64,000 bases of DNA from NCBI GenBank assembly GCA_041391665.1, contig JAWKNO010000003.1, positions 407,987-471,986 of the forward strand. Direction: 5' to 3'. The notes beneath the pieces are model-generated. The model was not told the origin of the DNA. It made no database searches and saw only the letters and a list, made by a program, of their open reading frames with translations. Source of the DNA: Bacteroidia bacterium (GTDB lineage Bacteria; Bacteroidota; Bacteroidia; J057). Below, piece after piece: positions 29,738 through 40,091 of the stretch (the first letter of the stretch is position 1; every line of letters begins with the position of its first letter). The translations under genes were made by a program, and so were the position numbers.

Positions 29738-30889
29738 TCAGAAGGCCGTTTCGTACAACTGCCGAAAATCTGCACGGCTTACGGGTTTGGGGTTATTGGG
29801 ATGTGCAAAATCTGCAATGGCCAGATCGGAAAGCGGTTCCAGATGTTCTCTTTTTACTCCACATTCCGATAGCTTAAGTGGTAAGCCAATCTTCTGATTA
29901 AGGGCAAATAGTCCTTCAATCACGGCTTCGCCATCCGTCTTTTCGAGGTTCATCGCTATGGCTATGCGTTTGAAACGATCTTCCAGGCCAGGCAGATTAA
30001 ACTGCATACCGTAGGGAAGATTGACGGCATTGGCAAGGCCATGATGCATATCGAGCAGGGTCGAAAGCGGGTGTGCCAGAGAATGTACAACCCCCAGGCC
30101 TTTCTGGAAGGCAGTGGCGCCCATCATCGAAGCGATCAGCATTTTGGCACGTGACTCAGGGGTAGGATAGTTTACAGCCGACTCTATCGATTCGGCAATC
30201 AGGCGAATGCCTTCCAGCGCGATGCCATCAGCCATGGGGTGAAACCCTTTTGCCAGAAAGGCCTCGATATTGTGGGTAAATGCATCCATACCCGTAGCCG
30301 CTGTAATATGCGGAGGGAGATCATAGGTGAGAGAAGGATCGGCAAATACCTGTTTTGCCATGAGTTTTGGGGCGAAAAGAATGCGTTTCCGCTTGGTATC
30401 ATCCTCCGAAATAATCGCGCTTCGCCCTACTTCGCTGCCGGTTCCAGATGTAGTAGGCACCGTTACAAAATGAGGGACATCTTCGGTTACATATTGATCT
30501 CCGCCTATCAGGTCGTCATAATCAAACAAATCCCTGTGGTGATTGACACGCAGCACGATGGCCCTTGCGACGTCGAGACCCGCGCCACCACCGATACCGA
30601 CGATGGAATCACGACCGGAAGCATGGTACAACTTTCCGCCATTTAGCACATCGGCTTTTACCGGGTTGGCATGAATGTCAGAAAATACTTCCACACTCAG
30701 GCCCTTAGCCTGAAGGTTTGCGACGATTTTTTTGAAAAAATCCAGCTTCGCCACATTCGGGTCCGTAACCAACAGTGGCCGGAGCAAGCTATGGTGATTG
30801 AGATAGTCCGGCAATTCGGAGATTACCCCTACGCCAAACCTGATCTGTGTAGGATAGTTGAATGATCTGGGTTCTGTTATCACTGACAT
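29738..30889 (-). CDS. iron-containing (group III) alcohol dehydrogenase
   Basis: GIGGGAGLD nucleotide motif and His-rich metal motifs (HNIEAF, HSLAHPL, HHGLANA). Confidence 0.85.
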   Translation of the reverse strand: MSVITEPRSFNYPTQIRFGVGVISELPDYLNHHSLLRPLLVTDPNVAKLDFFKKIVANLQAKGLSVEVFSDIHANPVKADVLNGGKLYHASGRDSIVGIGGGAGLDVARAIVLRVNHHRDLFDYDDLIGGDQYVTEDVPHFVTVPTTSGTGSEVGRSAIISEDDTKRKRILFAPKLMAKQVFADPSLTYDLPPHITAATGMDAFTHNIEAFLAKGFHPMADGIALEGIRLIAESIESAVNYPTPESRAKMLIASMMGATAFQKGLGVVHSLAHPLSTLLDMHHGLANAVNLPYGMQFNLPGLEDRFKRIAIAMNLEKTDGEAVIEGLFALNQKIGLPLKLSECGVKREHLEPLSDLAIADFAHPNNPKPVSRADFRQLYETAF

Positions 30890-30903
30890 ATAGATGCGTT
30901 ATT

Positions 30904-32001
30904 CTATTCTCCAAAACTAATACCTGTACCTTTAGCAGTACTCACCATAAAGGAATCAGGGTTGACAAAATTATACGTGTTGATAGCTTCTGTAAGCGAG
31001 ACATCTATAATAGAATTGTTGCGGTAGGCAGCCATTCGACCAAACTTACCTTCCAATACCATTTCGAACGCTTTTACCCCAAACTGGGTGGCCAGTACCC
31101 GGTCAAAAGCGACAGGCGTGCCGCCACGCTGCACATGTCCCAAAACGGTAACTCTGCAATCCGCGGTCAGGCCGGCTCGCTGAAGTTCTTCGACAAGGCG
31201 ATATCCACACCCCCCCAAACGTACGTGTTTATAGCCGATTTCACCAGAATCAGAAGCAACTACACTACCGCCTTTGGGGTAAGCACCTTCGGCAATGACG
31301 ATATTTACAAATCCTCTTCTTGCATGGTAGCGCGACTTGATTCTTTCCACTACTCTATCAATATCATATGGAATTTCAGGTATCAGACAGATTTCGGCAC
31401 CCCCTGCAATTGCAGTATGGAGGGCAATCCATCCGGCATCGCGGCCCATTACCTCCATGACCATCACCCGGTTGTGACTTTCTGCCGTTGTAACCAGTTT
31501 ATCAAAACTCTCGGTCGCAACCTGCACAGCCGTTTGAAAACCAAAGGTATAATCGGTAGAAGACAGGTCGTTGTCAATGGTTTTGGGTACGCCTACGATA
31601 TTGAGGCCCTGTTCAAAGAGCTTTTGGGAAATCTTTTGAGAGCCATCACCGCCGATACTGATTACTGCATGAAAGCCCATTTCTTTCAACCTGGCAATCA
31701 TCCAGTCAGAGCGGTCCTCCGTAATCCAGGAGCCATCGGCTTGTTGTACCGGCCATTCGAAGGGCCCGGCCTTATTGGTCGTGCCGATAATTGTGCCGCC
31801 GCGAACGTGGATGCCAGCGACTGCATGTTCATCCAGACGAACAAGTTCCATGGGTTCGCGCATAAGTCCGGTATAGGCCTCTATGCTGCCATAGACTTCC
31901 CAATCATTTTCAAGCAAGGATCTTTTCACAATAGCACGAATGACGGCATTGAGCCCAGGGCAATCACCACCACCTGTTGCTACGAGGAGTTTTTTCTTCA
32001 T
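30904..32001 (-). CDS. pfkA: ATP-dependent 6-phosphofructokinase
   Basis: GGDCPGLNAVIR, IGGDGS (ATP-type), PKTIDND and MGRDAGWIAL motifs. Confidence 0.9.
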   Translation of the reverse strand: MKKKLLVATGGGDCPGLNAVIRAIVKRSLLENDWEVYGSIEAYTGLMREPMELVRLDEHAVAGIHVRGGTIIGTTNKAGPFEWPVQQADGSWITEDRSDWMIARLKEMGFHAVISIGGDGSQKISQKLFEQGLNIVGVPKTIDNDLSSTDYTFGFQTAVQVATESFDKLVTTAESHNRVMVMEVMGRDAGWIALHTAIAGGAEICLIPEIPYDIDRVVERIKSRYHARRGFVNIVIAEGAYPKGGSVVASDSGEIGYKHVRLGGCGYRLVEELQRAGLTADCRVTVLGHVQRGGTPVAFDRVLATQFGVKAFEMVLEGKFGRMAAYRNNSIIDVSLTEAINTYNFVNPDSFMVSTAKGTGISFGE

Positions 32002-32758
32002 GTATCAGCTGTTAAAATTCTGGTTGCAAGGTAAGACGATATTGCATGATTCCCCAAAAAAAGCATCAACACAGGAGGCCATTGGTCTCCATATATTTGC
32101 AAAAGAAAAAGTATGAAAGGCGTTCTCCCATTACATATCTTGCCAATGTGCCGGATGTTTGCTCCAAAATTATATTTTCATGTATTTTCCAGGGCAGAAT
32201 TGGCTGACAGAAAACCATTCCCGGAGAAAGTTTCTTTCAATATCCAATACATATAAGCAAAGAAAATGTTACTCTTTATCAGATTGTTCAGGATCGTATA
32301 TTTAATACGATATTTCATAATATATATATAAAATATGATCCATTCATAAATTAAAAGGCTGTTTAACATTCGTAAAAAATGATTTCGGGCACAAAATTGA
32401 TGATTGAAGATGATTTATTTTTTCAAACTGAAATATTTGTTCATGCTTGATCTTTTTTGCCTTAATCGAAATATTAAGCATAGTTGAGATCACGATCCGG
32501 GTTATACCAGACGAGCCAAATTTTCGTTTTCCATATGAAAGAAATTGCGACAATCGAAACAAATGAATTCACTGATTTTAAAGCATTTACAAACACTATT
32601 CGCATAAAGTCAAACATTCCCCGGTAAACCTTACAGTTTTTATCTTGCTGGTCTATGAGCCAATTTTTGATTGAATAAAAAAAATGGGTTATTTCATATT
32701 GTCGATCTTGCCAGACAAAAACAGAGTTACCCGTCCTCTATATCTAACACTAATTATC

Positions 32759-33613
32759 ATGATGAAGCGATTGAATCTTCTCACCTTGCTATTGATGGTA
32801 TGGGGTGCCCTTATGGCAGAAGAACGTACGTCCATTAATTTTTTTCAGGGAACTTTTGAACAATTAAAAGCTCAGGCAAGAGAAGAACACAAACCATTTT
32901 TTATCAGTTTCCACACTTCATGGAGCACTCCCTGCCAGAATATGGAGCTCTACACCTATACCAATCCAGATCTTATTGAGTATGTCAAAAATAACTATCT
33001 GGCATTTGAAGTAGATGCAGAATCTCCGGATCGGGGTAATAGCGACCTTGCGGAAGAATTTAACATCATCTTCTTTCCCACCATTATCATATTTAATGAT
33101 GAGGCCGAAGTTGTCAGCAAATTTTCTGGATTTAAAAATGCAGCCGACCTGAAAGCTCAACTGGTAGAGTTCCACCGGGTTTCAGACAAAGCTCATCTGG
33201 CGGAAAATACCCCTACTTCTGCCCCACCCAAAACTTCCACAACCGCAACTTCTTCAACGAGTCCTGCCAAAATCGTTGAAAAATCAGTTCCAACAACCAA
33301 AACCACCAAAGACCTGATTAATACAGAAGTCGGGCTTTTCCGCATCAGCCTGGAACAAGAAGATTCCAATGGTTATGGTGTACAAATTGGTGTTTTTGGG
33401 GACTATGCAAATGTGCTTCGGGAAGTATCTGCACTGGAAGTTCTCTACAAACAGCAGGTGATGGTAAACATCAGCAAACTGAGCGGCAATACGGTTTTTA
33501 AAGTGGTTGTCGGCCCATTTGACTCAGCAAGTCAGGCAGAAGGATTTCGGAAGTTGTTTCAGGAACGCGAAAAACGAACAGCGATGATTGTAAACCTCGA
33601 CGCTTATAAGTAG
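32759..33613 (+). CDS. exported thioredoxin-fold protein with C-terminal SPOR domain
   Basis: Signal MMKRLNLLTLLLMVWGALMA, a thioredoxin-like fold segment, a low-complexity T/S/P linker, and a SPOR-like end (GYGVQIGVFGDYANV...FKVVVGPFDSASQAE). Confidence 0.65.
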   Translation: MMKRLNLLTLLLMVWGALMAEERTSINFFQGTFEQLKAQAREEHKPFFISFHTSWSTPCQNMELYTYTNPDLIEYVKNNYLAFEVDAESPDRGNSDLAEEFNIIFFPTIIIFNDEAEVVSKFSGFKNAADLKAQLVEFHRVSDKAHLAENTPTSAPPKTSTTATSSTSPAKIVEKSVPTTKTTKDLINTEVGLFRISLEQEDSNGYGVQIGVFGDYANVLREVSALEVLYKQQVMVNISKLSGNTVFKVVVGPFDSASQAEGFRKLFQEREKRTAMIVNLDAYK

Positions 33614-33644
33614 AATTGATGTTTATTTTACCCTTGTAAGGCAT

Positions 33645-33679
33645 AAAATCCATCTCATGACCAGAGTTGGATTTTTTTT
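33645..33679 (+). terminator. intrinsic terminator
   Basis: Stem aaaatcca/tggatttt with a loop, then a T-run. Confidence 0.6.
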
Positions 33680-33726
33680 AAAGGAATACGAACCATTTTG
33701 GTAACAAATTGTATCTTTGAAAGTAT

Positions 33727-34044
33727 ATGAGGATAATAGCAGTTAGTACTCTTCGGAATTTCTGGCAAAATCATACCCATTCAGAAGAATCTTTAAAATC
33801 CTGGTATCAAGAAGCCATACATTCTGAATGGCAGAATTCTCATGAACTTAAATCTAAATACAAAAATGCTTCAATAATATCTTCGAAACGAGTAGTTTTT
33901 AATATAAAGGGAAACGATTACAGACTAGTTGTAGATATTGAGTACAGGCTAAAGATTATCTTTATCGTTTGGATTGGAACCCATAATGAATATGACAAAA
34001 TCAATGTTAAGACAATACAATATGGTAAAGCCCATAAAAAATAA
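33727..34044 (+). CDS. higB: type II toxin HigB (RelE-fold mRNA interferase)
   Basis: MRIIAVSTLRNFW...VVFNIKGNDYRLVVDIEY...WIGTHNEYDKI matches the HigB family pattern. Confidence 0.8.
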   Translation: MRIIAVSTLRNFWQNHTHSEESLKSWYQEAIHSEWQNSHELKSKYKNASIISSKRVVFNIKGNDYRLVVDIEYRLKIIFIVWIGTHNEYDKINVKTIQYGKAHKK

Positions 34045-34381
34045 TGAACAATACGAATTATACCTTGAGCTGGCATATAATCTTATGCAATTGGACTTAG
34101 AGGAAAATTCCAAGGAATCAGATGAGTTGGAAGTTCTGAGCATTATGATAGAACAGTATGAGAAAATACACTATCCTATTGACACCCCAGGGCCGATTGA
34201 AGCTATAAAGTTCCGGATGGATCAGCTAAACATGAAGAAATCAGAACTTGAAAAAGTGTTAGGGTACCGAAGCCGGATCAGTGACATATTCTCTGGAAGA
34301 AGAAAACTTAGCCTTGGAATGATTCGCAGGATCCATGAAAAGTTAGATGTTCCGGCAGAAATTCTTATAAAAGAATACTAA
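34022..34381 (+). CDS. higA: antitoxin HigA (XRE-type HTH)
   Basis: Start MVKPIKNNEQYE overlaps the higB end by 23 nt. C-terminal HTH LGYRSRISDIFSGRRKLSLGMIRRIH. Confidence 0.8.
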   Translation: MVKPIKNNEQYELYLELAYNLMQLDLEENSKESDELEVLSIMIEQYEKIHYPIDTPGPIEAIKFRMDQLNMKKSELEKVLGYRSRISDIFSGRRKLSLGMIRRIHEKLDVPAEILIKEY

Positions 34382-34389
34382 ACGTATTA

Positions 34390-34740
34390 TCATGCCGAAA
34401 ACGAAGTGCCACAGCCGCAACTCGATTTGGCGTTGGGGTTATTGAATATAAAACCCCGGTCATTGAGTCCATACTGATAATCGACTTCCATACCGGCAAG
34501 GTACAAAGCGTGTCTGCGGTCAAGCACTACAGCTATCCCATCAATATCGAGCAGATCGTCAAAATCCTGCTTTTCGTCAAAGTCCAGAATATAGCTCATA
34601 CCTGCACAACCGCCGCCTTTTACTCCCAGGCGAAGATATTTATTAGCAGGGATCTGCTCCTTCTCACGGATAGATTTCAACTCAGTTACCGCACTTTCCG
34701 TCAGCGTAATTACCGGAGATTGTACTTCTGTCATATCCAT
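34390..34740 (-). CDS. Fe-S cluster assembly A-type carrier (IscA/ErpA/HesB)
   Basis: GGGCAGMSY and a C-terminal CGCGTSF cysteine signature. The start is trimmed to the internal MDMTEV. Confidence 0.85.
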   Translation of the reverse strand: MDMTEVQSPVITLTESAVTELKSIREKEQIPANKYLRLGVKGGGCAGMSYILDFDEKQDFDDLLDIDGIAVVLDRRHALYLAGMEVDYQYGLNDRGFIFNNPNAKSSCGCGTSFSA

Positions 34741-34885
34741 ATTTCTGTCCTTATTTTGGAATAACTGCAAATTTACACTTTTTGTTTTATCCCTGAAAAT
34801 ATCATTTACAACTACAAACAAATACGCCAAAAGTGATGACAGGTTTCCCAAATTAGGTTAATTTTACAGCTCAAACCAGCGCTGT

Positions 34886-35527
34886 ATGCATGACGAAAAC
34901 CTATCCGGGCTTGTGAGCAAATATTTCCCCCAGCTTGCCAACCCCGACCTTTTGAAGGAAATTGCCGAAGTAGGGGTACTGAGAAGTTATGAGGCAGGAG
35001 AAGTCATCATGGACTACGGAAGTTACATCCGTATGGTGCCTCTGGTAATTGAAGGATATATTAAAGTCATGCGGGAAGGTGATGACGGGAATGAACTTTT
35101 CCTATACTACCTCAATGCCGGTGATGCCTGCTCGATGTCCTTTACCTGCTGTATGATGGAAAAACAAAGCGTGATCCGCACTACGGCCGAAGATCATTCC
35201 GTCATCATAGGCATTCCCGTCAAATACGCCGAAGAATGGCTCGCCCGCTACCAGATCTGGCGCAATTTCGTCATGCTTTCCTATGACAACCGCATGTTTG
35301 AACTGGTAAAAACCATCGACAATATCGCCTTTCGGAAAATGGACGAGCGCCTCCTCGACTATCTGCACAAAAAAGCCGGCGCAACCGGAAGCAATGAAGT
35401 TCAGGCTACCCACCAAGAAATCGCCAATGACCTCAACGCCTCCCGCGAAGCTGTTTCCCGCCTGCTCAAACAACTCGAAACTCTGGGGCAGGTTCAGCTG
35501 GGCAGAAACCGAATCATTTTAACCTGA
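34886..35527 (+). CDS. Crp/Fnr family transcriptional regulator
   Basis: cNMP-binding beta-roll and a C-terminal HTH HQEIANDLNASREAVSRLLKQLE. Confidence 0.85.
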   Translation: MHDENLSGLVSKYFPQLANPDLLKEIAEVGVLRSYEAGEVIMDYGSYIRMVPLVIEGYIKVMREGDDGNELFLYYLNAGDACSMSFTCCMMEKQSVIRTTAEDHSVIIGIPVKYAEEWLARYQIWRNFVMLSYDNRMFELVKTIDNIAFRKMDERLLDYLHKKAGATGSNEVQATHQEIANDLNASREAVSRLLKQLETLGQVQLGRNRIILT

Positions 35528-35533
35528 AAACTC

Positions 35534-36916
35534 ATGGATGTAGAAATATTAGCCCGAATACAATTTGCCTTCACGGTTGCCTTTCATTATATCTACCCGC
35601 CACTCAGCATTGGGCTGGGGCTAATTATGGTCATCATGGAAGGGATGTACCTGCGCACCGGCGATAAAATGTACGAGCAAATGACCCGGTTTTGGGCGAG
35701 GATTTTTGCCCTCACCTTCGGAATCGGGGTCGCGACAGGTATTGTGATGGAGTTTGAATTTGGGACCAACTGGGCGACCTACTCCCGATATGTGGGCGAT
35801 GTATTTGGCAGTGCGCTGGCAGCCGAAGGGATTTTTGCCTTTGCATTGGAAAGCGGCTTTCTCGGAATATTAATATTTGGCTGGAATAAGGTAAGTCCAC
35901 GGGTGCATTTTATTGCAACTTTGGGCGTATGGCTGGGTTCAATGTTTTCAGCGGTATGGATCGTAGTGGCAAACAGCTGGCAGCAGACACCGGCAGGGTT
36001 TCACGTAGTAGGCGAAGGAATGAATGCCCGGGCAGAAATCACGGATTTTTGGGCCATGGTATTTAATCCCTCCAGCGTGGAGCGGCTGCTCCACGTCTGG
36101 ATCGGCGCATTCCTCGCCGGGGCATTTCTGGTGATGAGTGTGCACGCCTGGTATATACTCAAAAACCGCTATGTACCCCTTTCGAAACGCGCATTTTCCA
36201 TTGCACTGGTTGTTGCGGTCATTGCCTCGCTTTCCCAGCTCGTCACCGGGCACGAATCAGCTTCGGGCGTAGCCCGCAACCAGCCCGCCAAACTCGCCGC
36301 GCTGGAAGGCCACTTCGACAGCCTCGCTGTCGCAGATCTCTACCTGCTGGGCTGGGTGGATAAGGAGTCGCAGACAGTTACCGGATTGAAAATCCCGGGG
36401 GGACTTACGTTCCTTATCAACTTCGATTTTGAAACACCTGTCCCCGGCCTTAACAGTTTCCCTCCGGAAAACCGCCCTCCGGCAATCAATGCCGTATTCC
36501 AGTTTTATCATTTGATGGTCATGATTGGCATGGCGCTTATCGGACTATCGCTGCTGGGAGTATTTATGCTCTGGCGGGGTAAATTGTTTGAAACCCCCTG
36601 GTTGATGCGGGCATTTGTATTTGCCGTATTTTTGCCTCAACTAGCCAATCAGTTTGGCTGGTACACTGCCGAGATGGGGCGCCAGCCCTGGGTGGTGTAC
36701 GGTTTGCTGCGCACGTCTGAGGCATTTTCGCAGGTTGTGACCGCAGGGCAAATTGTATTTTCACTGATCCTATTTACCCTGATTTACGCCTTGTTGCTGG
36801 TGCTGTTTCTCTATCTGCTCAACAAAAAAATTGTTCATGGTCCTTACGAAGAGGATCATACATCCCATAGTCCGACCCTGGAGGGGATGGCAGAAGCATT
36901 CGAACAAAAAAATTAA
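35534..36916 (+). CDS. cydA: cytochrome bd ubiquinol oxidase subunit I
   Basis: [22 protein letters not shown]-terminus, a Q-loop and [13 protein letters not shown]. Confidence 0.92.
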   Translation: MDVEILARIQFAFTVAFHYIYPPLSIGLGLIMVIMEGMYLRTGDKMYEQMTRFWARIFALTFGIGVATGIVMEFEFGTNWATYSRYVGDVFGSALAAEGIFAFALESGFLGILIFGWNKVSPRVHFIATLGVWLGSMFSAVWIVVANSWQQTPAGFHVVGEGMNARAEITDFWAMVFNPSSVERLLHVWIGAFLAGAFLVMSVHAWYILKNRYVPLSKRAFSIALVVAVIASLSQLVTGHESASGVARNQPAKLAALEGHFDSLAVADLYLLGWVDKESQTVTGLKIPGGLTFLINFDFETPVPGLNSFPPENRPPAINAVFQFYHLMVMIGMALIGLSLLGVFMLWRGKLFETPWLMRAFVFAVFLPQLANQFGWYTAEMGRQPWVVYGLLRTSEAFSQVVTAGQIVFSLILFTLIYALLLVLFLYLLNKKIVHGPYEEDHTSHSPTLEGMAEAFEQKN

Positions 36917-36924
36917 AAGGTAAA

Positions 36925-37959
36925 ATGGAAACATTTCTCGGTATAGATTATCCTACGTTATGGTTTCTGGTTATCGGAGGCCTGTTTTCGGGTTATGGCA
37001 TTCTCGACGGATTTGACCTTGGCGCCGGAGCCTGGCATTTATTTCTTCGCAAGGAAGAAAGCCGGCGAATTGCCCTCAATGCAGTCGGCCCGGTATGGGA
37101 TGGCAATGAGGTTTGGCTGGTGATTGGTGGCGGGGCATTGTTTGCCGGTTTTCCTATCGTGTATGCCTCAGTATTGTCGGCGATGTATATTCCGTTTATC
37201 CTTTTTCTGGTTTTCCTGATTTTCAGGGCGGTTTCGATTGAGTTTCGGAGCAAGGAGCCGATGTTGTGGTGGCGAAAAATGTGGGACATCAGTTACAGCG
37301 TTTCGAGTATCATGTTGGCGGTATTGCTGGGAGTGGTTTTGGGAAATGTATTGCAGGGAATGCCCATTGGCAAAAACACAGAACTGGAAGGGAGCTGGCT
37401 GGCGTTTCTGAATCCGTATGCGTTTATGGTAGGAATCACGACCCTGGCGCTGTTTATGATGCACGGAGCGATTTACCTGACCATGAAGACGGAGGGCAGG
37501 CTGTTCGCCAAGTTTACCATTCTGTTGCGGAATTCGATCATATTTTTTGTCGTGAGTTTTGCGATCACGACCATTTACACATTGATTTATTTCCCCCATT
37601 TGTCAGACCGGCTGAAGGAAACGCCGTTGTTGTTTATCATACCACTGGCAGCTTTTCTGAGCATCGCGAATATCCCGAGGCTTGCCACGAAGCGGAAGTA
37701 TATGGCAGCATTTTTATTTTCCTGCCTGACATTGAGCCTGATGCTGATCGTTGTTGCGATAGAATTGTACCCCAATCTTATCCTGTCCACGATCGACCCG
37801 GCGTACAGCCTGACGGTTTACAATGCTGCGGCATCACAAAAGTCCCTGTCCATCATGCTGATCATCGCCGCGATTGGCGCGCCATTGGTGCTTTCCTATA
37901 CAGCGTTTGTGTTTTGGACTTTCCGTGGAAAAGTGAAGCTGGATGAGAGTAGTTATTGA
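36925..37959 (+). CDS. cydB: cytochrome bd ubiquinol oxidase subunit II
   Basis: Polytopic membrane protein 8 nt after cydA. Has YGILDGFDLGAG and WDGNEVWL motifs. Confidence 0.9.
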   Translation: METFLGIDYPTLWFLVIGGLFSGYGILDGFDLGAGAWHLFLRKEESRRIALNAVGPVWDGNEVWLVIGGGALFAGFPIVYASVLSAMYIPFILFLVFLIFRAVSIEFRSKEPMLWWRKMWDISYSVSSIMLAVLLGVVLGNVLQGMPIGKNTELEGSWLAFLNPYAFMVGITTLALFMMHGAIYLTMKTEGRLFAKFTILLRNSIIFFVVSFAITTIYTLIYFPHLSDRLKETPLLFIIPLAAFLSIANIPRLATKRKYMAAFLFSCLTLSLMLIVVAIELYPNLILSTIDPAYSLTVYNAAASQKSLSIMLIIAAIGAPLVLSYTAFVFWTFRGKVKLDESSY

Positions 37960-38121
37960 GGGGGGAGGCTTTAAAAACCATCGGCCACCATACTGACTTT
38001 TGGTCATAATTCAATTGAGGAAACAACCCCACGAACAACAATAAATAGCTTCGATCCGTTTACAGAAATGATTATCTTTACCTGGTCTAATTGTTGACTG
38101 TTGTAATATAAATAGGTGGAA

Positions 38122-39006
38122 ATGAGTGCGCTAAAAGAGAGGTATGTTAATCCGCTAACTGATTTTGGGTTCAAGAAATTATTTGGCACTGAACCCAATA
38201 AGAGTTTATTAATTGACTTTCTCAACCAAATATTGCCGGCACGACATCAGATTAAGGACCTTAGCTATGCAAATTCCGAACAATTGGGATCTCATGATCT
38301 GGATCGAAAAGCTATATTTGATTTGTATTGTTTAGGGGAATCGGGAGAGCGATTTATCGTAGAGATTCAGAAAGCGAAGCAGAATTTTTTTAAAGACCGT
38401 AGTATTTACTATTCATCCTTTCCGATTCAGGAACAGGCGAAGAAAGGCGATTGGGATTACCGCTTAGATCCGGTTTATACAGTAGGCATTCTTGATTTCA
38501 TTTTTGAGGATCATAAAAAGGAGGAAGAATTACTGCATATAGTAGAATTAAAGAACCAACGCTGTGAGGTTTTTTATGACAAATTGAAGTTTATCTATAT
38601 TGAATTACCCAAATTCACCAAGCAGGAGGATGAGTTATCCTCTCATTTTGATAAATGGCTATATGTATTCCGCCACTTAGCGAAGTTAAATAACAGGCCA
38701 AAAGCTTTGCAAGAAAAAGTCTTTGGAAAATTATTTGAAGCCGCTGAGATCGCCCGTTTTACGCCTGAAGAAAAAGAGGCGTATGAGGAAAGTTTGAAAT
38801 ATTATCGGGACTTAAAAAATGTAGTGGATACTTCTAAAGAAGAGGGCAAGATTGAGGGCAAGATCGAAGGCAAGATCGAAGGCAAGATTGAGGGCAAGAT
38901 CGAAGGCAAGATCGAAGTTGCTATAGAATTAAAAAGAAATAATGTAGCTATTGATATTATCATTAAGTCGACAGGGTTATCTAAAGAAGAAATTGAGAAT
39001 TTGTAG
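38122..39006 (+). CDS. Rpn-family PD-(D/E)XK nuclease / putative transposase
   Basis: YVNPLTDFGFKKLFG N-terminus and the D...EIQ core (FDLYC...RFIVEIQKAKQ). Has a C-terminal EGKI repeat. Confidence 0.8.
   Translation: MSALKERYVNPLTDFGFKKLFGTEPNKSLLIDFLNQILPARHQIKDLSYANSEQLGSHDLDRKAIFDLYCLGESGERFIVEIQKAKQNFFKDRSIYYSSFPIQEQAKKGDWDYRLDPVYTVGILDFIFEDHKKEEELLHIVELKNQRCEVFYDKLKFIYIELPKFTKQEDELSSHFDKWLYVFRHLAKLNNRPKALQEKVFGKLFEAAEIARFTPEEKEAYEESLKYYRDLKNVVDTSKEEGKIEGKIEGKIEGKIEGKIEGKIEVAIELKRNNVAIDIIIKSTGLSKEEIENL
38842..38913 (+). repeat. 12-bp tandem repeat x6 encoding (EGKI)6
   Basis: gagggcaagatt/gaaggcaagatc units read directly from the sequence. Confidence 0.9.
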
Positions 39007-39085
39007 AAAACAAAATACCCTGTTGGTCAAAGTCTGTTCATCAAACTAAGCCTGGTACTTTTAAAAAAGTGAAACTTACTGATAT

Positions 39086-39895
39086 TTAATTGATATCCCG
39101 AAAGTCAAAAGTGCTCACACTACTGATTTTCATCCGTGCTGGATTGGCAGTTGAAAAATAAGTAAACAGGCCCAGATCTTTTTCCGAAGAACTGAATTTT
39201 AGATTTTCCATCGGAATTTTTTCATTGGTTCCTTCATTCATATCAGAAAGACGCGTTTTGACCAGCAATCCCTTTCCGCCAATGGGGTCGCCACCTGAAG
39301 AAACACCAGAGAAAATATATTGGATAATTTCAGGTGAACGACTGTTTCCTACTTTACACACCCAATGGAGTTGTTTGTCCTGGTCAGAACGAAGCAGTAC
39401 AAACAAACACCCCTGCCTGATTTCAGGTACCCCTTCAAATTTCCTCACTTTTCCCCGCATTTCTACCACATAATGTTTTCCATTGTGGTGAATCTTCACA
39501 GGTGATTTTAGCAGGTCTGGCTGCCCTGAGTTACACATTACATAGCAGTAATACATTCCCTTAAGGCTTTCCAACTGGTCATCGGGCTTGGGTTTTTGAT
39601 TTTCCCTGCTGGCAAGCCAATCCTGAACGCCCTCATAACCAGCAAATCGAACCAATTTTTCCACATATTCAACATTGAGCCCATAAGTGGTTTCATCTGC
39701 CTTTAATGCCCGATTAATTCTAAGATGCAGGTACTCATAGAGGTAACGTTGAGATATTTCGGGTGTACCGGGGACTGTGTTTTCAATAACCTGACTGAGC
39801 AGGCCACATTTGGAATACGTGAGCGGGAGACTGACTTCCGCTTCTTCGGAAAGGGTAAACCTCAATTCAAGAATATCTTTCAAAGAAAACTGCAT
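39086..39895 (-). CDS. hypothetical protein
   Basis: 269-aa ORF with no recognisable motif. Lies in the accessory stretch. Confidence 0.5.
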   Translation of the reverse strand: MQFSLKDILELRFTLSEEAEVSLPLTYSKCGLLSQVIENTVPGTPEISQRYLYEYLHLRINRALKADETTYGLNVEYVEKLVRFAGYEGVQDWLASRENQKPKPDDQLESLKGMYYCYVMCNSGQPDLLKSPVKIHHNGKHYVVEMRGKVRKFEGVPEIRQGCLFVLLRSDQDKQLHWVCKVGNSRSPEIIQYIFSGVSSGGDPIGGKGLLVKTRLSDMNEGTNEKIPMENLKFSSSEKDLGLFTYFSTANPARMKISSVSTFDFRDIN

Positions 39896-40091
39896 AGATA
39901 AAGAAGTCGGAGAAAGTATAAATAATTATTTCTAATGAAAATAACGCAAAACTGTGTCAAAGTAATGAATATCTAAGTATGAACGGCCCCCTTTGTGAGC
40001 GAAGTTTGTAAGGTTCTTGTGTTGCGCATACACATTTGATTAGTGGTTACCGATCCCGGGCAGGTAGCCCATAACCCTAAATCATTAAATC

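Noticed and set aside
30862-32034. 390-aa ORF on the plus strand
   Set aside because: It is antisense to pfkA, which has strong PFK motifs on the minus strand. Shadow ORF.
32040-32683. 680-bp AT-rich spacer with two short minus-strand ORFs (63 and 72 aa); GKRKFGSSGITRIVISTM vaguely recalls an IS982-type N-terminus
   Set aside because: The similarity is too weak to call by eye. There is no DDE motif and no inverted repeats. It is left as non-coding or a possibly decayed relic. An ISfinder search could revisit this.
37266-37946. 226-aa alternative-frame ORF inside cydB
   Set aside because: It is on the same strand in an overlapping frame within a well-supported membrane protein gene. Its R/G/H-rich composition is an out-of-frame artefact.
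38122-39006. Rpn gene as an active transposon
   Set aside because: I could find no terminal inverted repeats or target duplications. Rpn-family genes are usually solitary nucleases.
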